Of a stretch of 64,000 bases of DNA, positions 11,962-24,120 are shown piece after piece. The notes below the pieces were generated by a model. That model was given only the letters and a program-made list of their open reading frames with translations, was not told the origin of the DNA and searched no databases. Numbering within the stretch: the stretch's first letter is position 1; each line of letters begins with the position of its first letter. Position numbers and translations under genes: made by a program. This DNA comes from Octopus sinensis (Eukaryota): NCBI RefSeq assembly GCF_006345805.1, contig NC_043012.1:1550001-1614000 (forward strand). The letters are read 5' to 3'.

Positions 11962-12805
11962 TTTGGTCATCCCATAAATAATGCGTTTTTTTTATACTTT
12001 TATTTTTCAAAATTAAGATAAACAAAATTATTTTTAAATCTTAAATATACTCTCCTTCATTTTTCCTCCAATGCTCTTCCATTTATCTGCTAGACTTGCA
12101 TGGCCTCTCTTCCAAAGTTCACTTGTCCGTGACGAAAAATATTCCTCCAGTACTGTTCTGACCTCGTCTACAGAATTCATATTTTTTTCCATCCAAATGA
12201 TTTCGAAGACTGCAGAATAAATGATAATCAGATGGGGTAATGTCTGGCGAATATGGTGGGTGGGGCATCGTTTCCCATTCAAACTGCTCCTGCCTTTGGA
12301 ATGTCATCCTCGCTGTATGTGGCCAAGCATTATCCTGATGGAAGAATACCTTTCGCCTTGAAACCAAAGATGGTCGTCTTTTTTTCTAGCGCTCACTTAA
12401 GCCGTTTAAGCAGATCGCAGTAAATCACCCTTTGTTATCGTTTGGTTTGGGTTTAAAAGTTCAAGGTGAATTAAACCTTTATATTTTACCAAACAGATAA
12501 CAACACCTTACGTGGGCAAAGACTTTCTTTAGCCTGGGGTGCTGGTGTTTCTCCTTTCCCTACCAACTGTCTTCGATGTTTGACACTTTATAGAGAACCG
12601 ATTTCTCGTCACTAGTCACTATTCAGTCCCCAAAAGGGTCGTTCGTGAGACGTGACAGCAAAGAAGAGCACACATTCACTCTCTGCACACGATTAGACTC
12701 GGAAATTTTGTGAGGAACCCATCGGTCCAATGTGCAGACTTTTCTAGTGGCACGTAGGTTGAACGACCAAATCCAAGCTTCTCTGCTAGTTCCTCAACAG
12801 TCATA
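11962..12805 (-). mobile_element. Mariner (DD34D) transposon remnant, 5'-truncated, pseudogenised
   Basis: HQDNAWPHT...HPPYSPDITPSDYHLF in ORF 12119..12367; TA + TTTGGTCATCCCATAAATAATGCG TIR at the left end. Confidence 0.9.
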
Positions 12806-13654
12806 TATATATATAAATATATATATTAAAAATAATAAGGGTGAAAAATTGAATATTAATTTGATTAATATGGTCTAGCATATAGAAAAATCTGAAGATT
12901 CAGAAAAATTATATTACATATATAAAAGAGGGATGACCACTAATTGGACAGCCATCATGCTAGAAGTCGGGAATCGACTTCTAGCATAATGGATGTCTAC
13001 TTAGTGGTCACCTCCCTTATATGTATGTTATATATATATATATGTATAGTGTACATTTAAACACAAAAGAAAACTAACCTTTATCAGGTAATTTTTACAT
13101 GCTAGAAATAGCAGCCAACACGGCCAAAACCACGATTTAATAGCAGTTTTCGAAGTAAAACTTGCCTTCCTTACTTTGCACTTCACTGTCCCTGTCTTTC
13201 TTTTTTCTCGCCAATCCTTGGCACACTATCTTTCTTCTCCCCCTCCTTAATTCCTTGTTCCTCTTTTTCTCTCTCTTCTCCCTCTCTTTAATTCCTTTGT
13301 TCCTCTTTTTCTCTCTCTTCTCCCTCTCTTTAATTTCTTTGCCCCTCTTTTTCTCTCTCTTCTCTTCTCACGTGACCGCTGGCCAACTATAGCCTTTTCG
13401 CTTCGGACCAGCGCCACGATAACATCGCTTTCTTCGTCTGCCGTAAGGCATTATTTTTCAAATATGCCAGCTGAGTTCAATTCGTCTAAGTCGAAAGTCG
13501 CCTGTTGTTATGTCCTGTTGTTATTATTATTATTATTATTGTTTTTTGTATTTATATTCGTATTATTTTTTTGTTTTTTGTATTTATATTCGTGTAACAT
13601 CGTCCGTTTTTCTGTCCTTGTTTCGTATACATTCGATCCTTTTTCCAAGGATCA

Positions 13655-13810
13655 TATATATATGAGCAGGTGTGGCTGTGTGGTAACCTTCCCAACCACA
13701 TGGTTCTAGGTTCAGTCCCACTGTGTGGCACCAACTACAGCCTCGAGCCGACAAAACCCTTGTGAGTGGATTTGGTAGACGGAAACTGAAAGAAGCCTGT
13801 TGAAAGAAGC
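13655..13810 (+). mobile_element. SINE family B, 5' half
   Basis: GCAGGTGTGGCTGTGTGGTAA...GGTTCAGTCCCACTG. Confidence 0.8.
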
Positions 13811-13971
13811 TGTTGATTACATATATATATATATATATATATTGGCCTGCTCGCTTAGCCAGCGGGGTGGCGTCATTCGAAGGCTAAAACAATGCGAACG
13901 CATTGTGACCAGCGATGTGTAACAACATCTGATGGTCTGGTCGGTCACGTGATCACGTGATATATATATAT

Positions 13972-14003
<32 letters not shown>

Positions 14004-14029
14004 ATATATATATATAACATATGTATGTA

Positions 14030-14350
14030 TATCTAATGTAGGATAAAATATTTTCGAAAAAAATTTTATCAATGGCCAGCATATTAAAAAATACCTTTAA
14101 AGGTTAAATTATAAACAGCTTATAAATAAGAGCAAACGAAAAAATTTCTAATGCCAAATATGCCGAAAATTGGACATAATGTCCATTTACCATATAATTT
14201 TTTTCCCAGTACGCACGCTACTCGAAAAAGGTCGACAGAAATCTCTAAAAAATTCCATTATTACCATATCAGACCGATTTCAGGGTTAGTTCAAAAAGAA
14301 CCTCCCCTTCGTCAGTGATACATGTGGCAAAGAAGTAAATGAGATACTTA
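14030..14350 (-). mobile_element. TA-flanked non-coding element carrying a hammerhead ribozyme
   Basis: Reverse-complement homolog of 27585-27910. Confidence 0.75.
14266..14321 (-). ncRNA. Complete minimal type I hammerhead ribozyme
   Basis: GTATCA CTGACGA AGGG GAGGTTCTTTTTGAACTAA CCCT GAAA TCGG TC TGATAT. All core residues, GUC triplet, 6-bp stem I, 4-bp stem II. Confidence 0.85.
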
Positions 14351-14535
14351 CTCATACCCAAACACACCCAATCGATGTTGGGTGTGTTTACATCCCCGTA
14401 ACTTTGCGGTTTACCAAAAGAGACTTATAGAATAAATACTAGGCTTACAAAGAATACGTCCTGGGGTCGATTAGTCAACTAAAGGCGGTGCTCCAGCATG
14501 ACCGCAGTCAAATGACTGAAACAAATAAAAGAATA
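14350..14535 (+). mobile_element. SINE family B, 3' half
   Basis: Ends GCAGTCAAATGACTGAAACAAATAAAAGAAT. Confidence 0.8.
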
Positions 14536-14609
14536 AAACAATAAGAGGATATATATGTTTGTGTGTGTGAGCTTATATTAGCATATCTATCTACACATAC
14601 ATACATTAC

Positions 14610-14939
14610 GGCACTCCGTCGGTTGCGACGACGCGGGTTCCAGTTGATCCAATCAACGGAACAGATTGCTAGTGAAATTAACGTGCAAGTGGCTGAGCAC
14701 TCCACAGACACATGTACCCTTAAGTGTGACAAGGCTGGCCCTTTGAAATACAGGTACAACAGAAATAGGAAGAAAGAGTGAGGGAATGTTGTTGTGAAAG
14801 AGTACAGCAGGGTTCGCCACCACCCCTTGCCGGAGCCTTGTCGAGCTTTAAGTGTTTTCGCTCAATATACTCTGGGAATCGAAACTGCGATCCTATGACT
14901 GCGAGTCAGCTGTCCTAACCACTGGGCCATTGCGCCTCC
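14610..14939 (-). mobile_element. SINE family A
   Basis: Reverse complement of the 46568 copy, with a tRNA-Arg-like head. Confidence 0.85.
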
Positions 14940-15199
14940 ACATACTTACACACATACATACATACATACACACATTCATACTTATTTACCAAATCTTTAT
15001 ACGTGTTTATTACTTATCTACCTACCTGTAGATTTCTCTGTTTCTCTCTCTCTTTCTCTCTCTCTACCTTTATACGTACCTGCCTACCTCTCTACCTGTA
15101 AATTTATCTATCAATTTATCTGTCAAAGACAACTGACCCAATCGCACTAAATTCCACCTGGAACAATTGGTAAATATGACAAGCAGCCATACTGCAATA

Positions 15200-15332
15200 A
15201 CATGATCTTCAAACACACACACACACACACACAACACACACACACACACACACACACGCACATACACACACACACAAACACACACAAACACACACACACC
15301 ACAACACACACACACAAACACACACACACAAA

Positions 15333-15386
<54 letters not shown>

Positions 15387-15498
15387 CGCACATACACATA
15401 AACACACATCTACTCACACACACACACACACACTGAGGCATATGTGCGCAGTATATGTACACACTTACAACTACAAGGGCACACACAGAAATGCATGC

Positions 15499-15536
<38 letters not shown>

Positions 15537-16432
15537 GCATGCACACACACACATACACACGCAAATGTAATCATGTATTACATATTAATAGATTAAAAAT
15601 TGCTTAAAATATGACACAATGAAGAATGATTAAAGGGTGAAAGGTTAAACTGGTGGTGGTGGTGGTGGTTGTGGTGGAGGTGGCGGTGGCGGTGGTGGTG
15701 GTGGTGTGGTGGTTGCAGTGGTGGTGGTGGTGAAAATGTTGAAAGCGGTAGTGGAGGCGGAGGCGGTGGCAGTGGTGGTGGTGGTGGTAGTGGTGGTAGC
15801 GGTGGTGGTGAAAATGTTGAAGGCGGTAGTGGTGTAGTGGTGGTGACGTCAGCAGTGGGGGTGGTTGTGGCGGCGGTGGAGGTGGTTGTGGCGGTGGTGG
15901 TAGTACTGGTGGTAGTACTGATGAAAATGTTGAAGGCAGTACTGATGAAGATGGTAGTGTTGGTGGTGCTAGTGGTGCTAATTAATGCTGATGGAGATTA
16001 TAGTGATGATGATGATGATGATGATGACGATGATGACGATGATGGTGGTGGTGGTGGTGGTGGTGAGAGTGGTGGTAATCATGATAGAGGTGTCGGTGGT
16101 GGAGACAGGTAGTAGCAATCATGTTGGTAGTGGTGGTCGTGGTGGTGGTGGCAGCAGTGGTAGAGATGGCGGTAGTGGTGAACGTCCTGGTTGTGGTTGT
16201 TAGCTGTGATGGAGGTAATGGTGGTGGTACATAGTAGTGGTAGTAGTACGGGCACTGGTTATAGTGTTGGTGGTAGTTGTGGTGATAACGGGGGTGGTGC
16301 TAATAGTATTCGTTAGAATGTGGTGGTGGTGGTGGTGGCAGTGGTGGTGGTTGGGGTGGGCTTCAGCAGTGGTTGTAGTTGGTGGGGTACGAGTAATGTA
16401 CTAGCAGTGTTTGCAGCTGGTATTACATTAAT

Positions 16433-16464
<32 letters not shown>

Positions 16465-16720
16465 GCAACAGCACCACCACCGCCACAGTCTATGCCACCA
16501 TCACCACCATCCCATCACCACACCATCTGCACCACCACCACCACGAATACCACTACCAACAACAACAACAGCAATAGCACCACCATCACCATGATCTACA
16601 CAAGCATCACCATCACTGCACCATCTACACCACCATCACCATGGAGATGATGATGACAATGATTATGATGATCATCATCATCACCATCATCATTGCTACC
16701 ACCACTACCACTATCATCAA
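15200..16720. repeat. (CA)n followed by (GGT)n/(GAT)n/(ACC)n low-complexity tract
   Basis: Simple repeats; they explain ORFs 15070-16577. Confidence 0.95.
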
Positions 16721-17509
16721 TATATTTGCAAAGGGGTAGGTAGTAAAAGCTTGAGGTTAAAAGATGAATCCACCCTCATATCCACCCTACTGATTCTGTC
16801 ATGTGGTAACATCATGTCTAAGGTAGAAGTAATGCAGAAAGGGGAACATGTAGCCTACTACATGTTAGGGTTAAAGTAAGAACATGTGGTGTAAAGTGGT
16901 TGTCGGGACATGTAGCAGTGTAGAGTTATAGTGGCTGGATGAGGTGTAGTTTAGTTTTGAGAACATGTGGTATTGCATAGTGGTGTTTACATGTAGCAGT
17001 GAGAAGATGTATGGTGGTCAAAAGTGATAGTAAGACACATGTAGCGACGATGTACATGTTGAGCATTGAAGTGAGATCATGCATGTGGGATGTAATGTGA
17101 TAATAAGACACATGTAGTGATGATATAACGTGATGACTGTAGAAGTGAGAGCATGCATGTGGGATGTTCTGCTGTAGTGAGAACTTAAGTCTGTGGTGGT
17201 CTACCATGGTTGTAAGACACATGTAGCAATGGTGAATGTAGTTGTGAGGAGATACATTTGGGATGTAGCATGATAGTAAGGACATGTAGGACAGTGAATG
17301 TATGTTTGTGATGGTTTAATGTCCCAAGGGCAAACTTGTGGTGATGTAATGTGGAGGTGAGGACATGAGGAGGAGATAAACAAACCATGTTAAACATGTA
17401 GAGTAAATGAATAGAACATGTATAGGTTGTAGTGTAGAGTGGTTGTGAGGACAAGTAAAGAATGTAGATAAAACAATGAAATTTTTAAAGTTTTAAAAAC
17501 TAATAATGG

Positions 17510-17930
17510 CTCCAAATTTTGGGACAAGGCTGGTATTTTGGGGGCAAGGGGACTAGTCGATCACATTGACCTCAGCAATCAACTGATTCTTATTTCATCA
17601 ACCCCGAAAGGGTAAACGGAAAAGTCACCCTCGGCAGAATTTGAACTCAGAACATAAGGACAGGCTAAATGTCGCTAAGCATTTTGCCTGGCGTGCTAAC
17701 AATTCTGCCAGCTTGCTCCCTTTTTAAAAGTAATGATCCTTTCTACTATAGGCACAGAGCCTAAAATTTGTGGGGAGAGGACTAACCCCAGTGCTCAACT
17801 GGTACTTATTTTATTGACCCTGAAAGAATGAAAAGCAAAGTCGACCTTGATGGAATTTGAACTCAGAACATAATGATAGACAAAACACCGCTAAGCATTT
17901 TGCCCAGCATGCTAACAATTCTGCCGGCTT
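17510..17930 (-). mobile_element. Two degenerate SINE family C copies
   Basis: CCCCGAAAGG...GAATTTGAACTCAGAAC...GCTAACAATTCTGCC occurs twice. Confidence 0.8.
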
Positions 17931-18076
17931 AATCCTTTCATTTTTTAAAACTAATAATGTAAAGACTACTTTCCAACATAATGTGGCAACCCTGGATGGA
18001 ATGAATGTTGTTTCCAGCTGGCTATACAACACAATATCTGTGTCCTTATATTTTTGAACAGAGTAGCTCAGCACCC

Positions 18077-18176
18077 NNNNNNNNNNNNNNNNNNNNNNNN
18101 NNNNNNNNNNNNNNNNNNNNNNNNNNNNNNNNNNNNNNNNNNNNNNNNNNNNNNNNNNNNNNNNNNNNNNNNNNNN
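18077..18176. other. Assembly gap (100 N)
   Basis: N run. Confidence 1.
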
Positions 18177-18644
18177 GTTTCTATCAAAAACGGAGTTTAC
18201 ATATATATATTACATATATATATATATATATAATATGTGTGTGTGTGTGTGTGAAACTGCAACGACACCATCCACAGTTACCATAGATATACTTCTACAG
18301 ATACTGCTACACTGCCTACTACAGCCAAAAGCAGTTGACCATTTCACATGCTGTCACAGTGAGCACTAGAATTACCACCATTACATCGCTACTAACACTA
18401 CACAGTAACCACTAGAACTACTACCAAGATACCGCTACTAACACTATCACAGTAACTACTATAACCGGCACTGTTATCTCAATGCAGATACTGCCACAGT
18501 GACCACTAGTACTACTACTACCAAGACACCGCTACTATATATATATATTTAAAGAATGTAGTTGTGTAAAGCCGGAACAATGCGAGAAGGTACAAAGTAT
18601 ACAAATTGAAAAGAAAACAGAATAAGTTTTCAGTTTTACTTTGT

Positions 18645-18684
18645 ATTTCTATATTTCGTGGTGAAGATACCTTCTTCAGGACAT
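18645..18684 (-). ncRNA. Hammerhead-like motif
   Basis: ATGTC CTGAAGA AGGTATCTTCACCAC GAAA TA TA GAAAT; core intact, stem I 4 of 5 paired. Confidence 0.5.
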
Positions 18685-18825
18685 TCGAAAGAAGCAGTGG
18701 TTAGAAAAAGTTTCTTGCATAGAAGCGTGTGTTTGTAGGTGGGTGTGTGTGTGCAAGGGACAGGGAAGGAAGGAGACCCTGCGCAGCGGCGTATCTATAT
18801 ATATATATATATATAGATATATGTA

Positions 18826-18863
<38 letters not shown>

Positions 18864-19019
18864 GTGTCATTAAATACAAGAGAAAACTGCCTTCAACAGG
18901 TAGTTTTTACACGCTAGAAGAAGAATCAAAACGACCAAAACCACATTTAAGAGCAATCTTCAAAAAGAATGAAAAATAAAAACTTTTACTTTGTTATTTT
19001 ATTCCGGTCAGACATATAC

Positions 19020-19050
<31 letters not shown>

Positions 19051-19060
19051 CATACATATA

Positions 19061-20132
19061 TTCGGGAGACAAAATCTCCCATTCTTCTTTAATAGTATGT
19101 TTAAGAGATTCTATATTACTGTGTGATGTATTGGTAGTATGTTCTAAAACGCCCCAAATAGCATAATCCAGAGGGTTTAGATCTGGGCTAGAAGGTGACC
19201 ATAAACATGATTCCAAAAAATTGCTATAGTTGGATTTGCAGAAATCTTGTATTTCTAGCTGTGTGAGCTGGAGCACCATCCTGTGTCCATACATAATTAC
19301 CATCTGGGTAGTTTGCTTTAAGCCATGGCAATACTTGGTTTCTCAGAGTCTTGTAGTAAGTATTAACATTGATCTTTTCATCAGCTTTGTAGAATTTTAT
19401 ACGCACTTTCTTTTTATCGGAAGCCACAACACCAAAAGCCATAACTTGAGCAGGATATTTTGTTTTGAATGTCCCCTTAACCTCAGCTGTTGATTTTGCA
19501 ATAAATCTGTCATTTCTGCGGTTCAGAACAGCATCGACAGTGAAGATCTTTTCATCTGAAAAGATCATTACAATGGAGGACTTTTTCTTGAACCATGTAA
19601 TAATTTTCTTGCACCTTTCCAATCTCTTTTCCTTCATAGCTATTGTCAACAAGTGTTTTGGTATTCTTGTGTAAGATTTTAACCTCAAATCATATTTTAC
19701 TGCATTTCTAATGGTCTTCTTGTCTACCTCAAGTTCAATTGCCATTTTTCTCATGGATTTGGTTGGATCCTTTAGGATTTTGGATTTGCGAGCTTTAATA
19801 AAAGCTTTGGTACGTTTTTGTTGATTCCTCCACTTCCAGACCTCCTCATAATAGTTTTACTCATAGTCATTCTATTCTTTACATTATAAACAGTCTTTAT
19901 GGACACTCCAACTATTCTTGAAATCTCCTTTGATGTGACGAGTGCATTCAGCAAATCACACACTCTTTGACATTTGCTTTCCTGATTACTCATATGGGCA
20001 AAAGTTTCTGAAAAGGTAAGGATAATAGTGTTAGGTATGATTATGACATGCTAGATTTCAAAACAATTGATTTAGTGGCTGCTGAGAAAAAAACAACTTA
20101 ACGTTCATTGTAAATTTTGCTTCCCCACCTTG
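19061..20132 (-). mobile_element. Tc1/mariner-superfamily DD37D (maT/mori) transposon, frameshifted, 3' TIR missing
   Basis: IFSDEK...WTQDGAPAHT, then after a frameshift WSPSSPDLNPLDYAIW; 37 residues between the 2nd and 3rd catalytic Asp. TIR CAAGGTGGGGAAGCAAAATTTAC next to TA at 20133. Confidence 0.85.
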
Positions 20133-20191
20133 TATATATATATAACAAAAGAAGGGGTGGTGTTTCTACGCAGGAAAAATATATATAGGAA

Positions 20192-20628
20192 TGTTGAAAA
20201 TGCACCTAAATTAAAAAAAAAAAGTCGTAAATGTTTAAAATACATTTATTTACATATATACCAATCTATAGTTTCAACAATAATTTTTGTTTATCAATGG
20301 TAAAAGTTTAAAATTAGAAAAACATCTTTAAAAGTTTCAATGTTGACAAATTAAAATGTTTCAATGTTTATAAACAGAAGGTGTAAGTTTGAATGTTCAT
20401 AGCAGTCAATAAAATTTAAACTGTATAAAATTGTATATCAATTTGTTTGGATGTACAAATTCATTAATTTTAATTTGTCAACATTGAAACTTTTAAAGAT
20501 GTTTTTTTCTAATTTTAAACTTTCACCATTGATCAACAAAAGATATTATTGAAACTAGTTTGGTACATATGTAAATAAATGTATTTGAAACATTTACGAG
20601 TTTTTGAAATGTAGGTGCATTTTCAACA
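20192..20628. repeat. Foldback element, about 165-bp imperfect inverted arms and about 110-bp spacer
   Basis: TGTTGAAAATGCACCT ... AGGTGCATTTTCAACA; each arm carries a decayed hammerhead. Confidence 0.85.
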
Positions 20629-20637
20629 ATGCCTTTT

Positions 20638-20724
<87 letters not shown>

Positions 20725-20840
20725 ATATATATATATATATATATATGATATATATATATATCTATATATATATATTATATATATATATATATATATGTCA
20801 TGTATATGTATGTATGTATTTATATATATATATATATATG

Positions 20841-20871
<31 letters not shown>

Positions 20872-20882
20872 CTGTATGTTAT

Positions 20883-20919
<37 letters not shown>

Positions 20920-22039
20920 GATATGTATCTATATGTATGTATGTATGTAGTATGTATGTATGTATGTATGTATGTATAGCTATGTATGTCTAGCACTAAA
21001 CCCAGTTTCACCCGGTCAGTGTGGATGATGTGGCTGTAAAACCTGCTCTGTGTAAGCATTCGACTTGTTTGGGCACACTTTCGGTAAAAAAACAGTTTTA
21101 AGAATGACTTTTTTCTGTCAAAACGGTAAAAATAACTGACTAAAAAAAACAAGAGTCAACCAAATCAAAAAATAAACCCAAACACTAAGCGAACAAAGAT
21201 GAACCATCCCACTTGCATTGCGTACGCACACGCACACACAAGCACACACACACATGCATACACACATACACACACACATTCGCATACGCCCTCTTTTACA
21301 TACACACGCATATATTCACACAGCGTACACTACCAAGTATGACATCACCCCTTCCTTATTCATCTAACACCCCTTTCTTTCTCAGTCACAAACACAAGAG
21401 TATTATTATTGTAGATTATCTTGGTAACCATGGGAGCTATGAAAAATACAAAGCCCAGCATCACCACCCAGCCATTTGACCGTGAATCCCAAGACAAGAA
21501 AGAATCAACAGAAAGGAATAAGAGAAAATAAACAGAAAGAGAATGAAAAAACCTGTAGATTTAGCGGTCAAGCATGGCGACTGATTAGAAAAAAGTTTAA
21601 AAGAGGTGGTTGGAAGAAAGGGAGATAATAAAGTGTTGGTGATCCCTCATGAAGATGTGCGTGCATGTGTGTGTATGTGAGAATGATGTGTGTGAATAGG
21701 AGCTAGTGATTTTGACGTGTGTGAGTGTGTAAGTGTGTGCGTCTGTAACATGAGACTGCTCATATAGTGGTATGTGTAGTGTTGCTATTGACGATTGTGT
21801 GTGTGTGGATGATGATGTGTGGGTGTGTGATGTGGGTGCTGGGAAGTAGTCAGTGCTAGTGTGTGTGTGGAGTGGTGTGGTGTAGGGGTAGGGTGGGGGT
21901 GGGTATGGCATTGTGGCGTGAGGTGGTATCAATGAAGGGAGGAGGTGGGTAGAAGTGAAAAGAAGTGAAGTAGGTGTCAGATGAAGAGAGGAGGCTGAGT
22001 TAGATGAGGAGAAGCGGGGGAGGCAGATGTAGAGAGGAG

Positions 22040-22880
22040 GGTAATTGAGTTCATATGACGCAAAGGAGCGAAGAGAGAAGATTAATTCCTGTTCACGGCG
22101 AAGCGGGAGACAGGATTGCTCCTGTGCAAAGACAGTCAGAACACAGACAGATGTTGTAATGAATGACCGGCAGAACGGAAATGGCATGAGACCAGGGTGT
22201 CATTTCCGAGTGTGATGCCTCAGAGGGGCTCCGCGAGCAGGTCAGCCAAGCGGTGTCTTGTTTGACCAATGTACAGGGAAGGGCAGAAAGAGCAGGAGAT
22301 AAAGTAAATGACATTGCTGGACGTGCAAGTAAAGAAGTCGGTGATGTGATAGGGACGATGATGGGTGCCTGTGAGGATGGTAGTGTTGGAGAGGTAGAGG
22401 CAAGTACGGCAGCATGGGCGAAAGCAGGGGAACGAGCCAGGCTGAGAAGTGGGGTTAGGGAAGAAACTGTGGAGCAGGAGTTCACGCAGGTTGTGGACTC
22501 GTTTGAAGAAGGGAAGGGGTAGGTTGGGAAGATGTACGAGGTGGAGGGATCGGACTGGAGTCATGAGAAGGCTCAGAGAATGGGGCATTGGAGGGGAAGG
22601 GTGGAGAGGTGGTAGGTGAGGGGAAACAGGAGACGAGCAACGGCGAGGCGGGGTGGGGAGAAAGTGCAGAGGTACGTTCCAAGGAACGTGCCCTGGAAAG
22701 GGCAGTGTGGATAGCGGTAAGAGGATGTACGCGAAGGATGAAGTGGCGAGCCATGAGTTGAGACTGAGTTTCAAATCCATAATTGCGCAGACGAAGGAAT
22801 TGGGAGTAGGGGATGGAGAGCTTGGCGTGGGTAGGGTGGGAGGAGAAGTTAAGGCAGGAGTGTGAGTCGGTGTGTTTGCA
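22040..22880 (-). mobile_element. Penelope-like element 3' fragment (RT thumb + GIY-YIG), Neptune-like
   Basis: SSHPTHAKLSIPYSQFLRLR; CRTC...TCTSSNVIYFISCSFCPSLYIGQT; RREQELIFSLRSFASYELN. Confidence 0.85.
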
Positions 22881-22978
22881 GTGGATGCAAGTAATGAGAG
22901 CGGAGTGGTGTATACTGACAGAAATGTCGAGAAATACGACACACACACACATCATATATATATATATATATACAGAGG

Positions 22979-23009
<31 letters not shown>

Positions 23010-23298
23010 TCGTGGATATGTATGTGTATGTGTATATATTATTCATCCAGACATATTCACATATATAGATAATAAATTATGTATGCATTTTCCTTTGTCT
23101 ATAAAAAACATCGGGGTGTGTGTGAGTAAACGGACACTCCAATGTTTTTATGCACAAAAGAAGCATTTTTTTCAACTGGTAGTTTTAAAAAACGTTTTGG
23201 CATTCAGACCTAGCACGTTTATCTCTGTATTCTGTTTCTATAAACATGCTTCCGTGTATACATAACATGCACACACACAAGCGTGTGTATATATATAT

Positions 23299-23378
<80 letters not shown>

Positions 23379-23390
23379 TATATATATATG

Positions 23391-23522
<132 letters not shown>

Positions 23523-23546
23523 CATATATATATATATATACATAGT

Positions 23547-23838
23547 GAGGGCGCGTGGCTTAGTGGTTAGGGCATTCGCTCATGATCGTAAGGTGTGAGT
23601 TCGATTCCCGGCGACGCGTTGTGTCCTTGAGCAAGACACTTTATCACGTTGCTCAGTCCACTCAGCTGGCAAAAATGAGTTGTACTTGTATTTCAAGGGT
23701 CAGCCTTGTCACTCTCTCTGTGTCACGCTGATTATCCCCGAAACTACGTAAGGGTACACGTGTCTGTGGAATGCTCAGCCATTTGCACGTTAATTTCACG
23801 AGCAGCTGTTCCGTTGATCGTATCAGCTGGGACCCTCG
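23547..23838 (+). mobile_element. SINE family A
   Basis: Homologous to 1183-1502; inserted in (TA)n. Confidence 0.85.
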
Positions 23839-23909
23839 TCGTCGTAACCGGCGGAGTCAAGGTATCTATACTATACTACATACATACACACACACACACA
23901 CCCACACAA

Positions 23910-24011
<102 letters not shown>

Positions 24012-24120
24012 TATATATATATATATATATATACATATATATATACATACACATATACCACACACACACACACACACACATATAAATATATATATATATA
24101 TATATATACATACATACATA

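Noticed and set aside
18077-18176. N run
   Set aside because: Scaffolding gap with no biological meaning; adjacency across it is uncertain.
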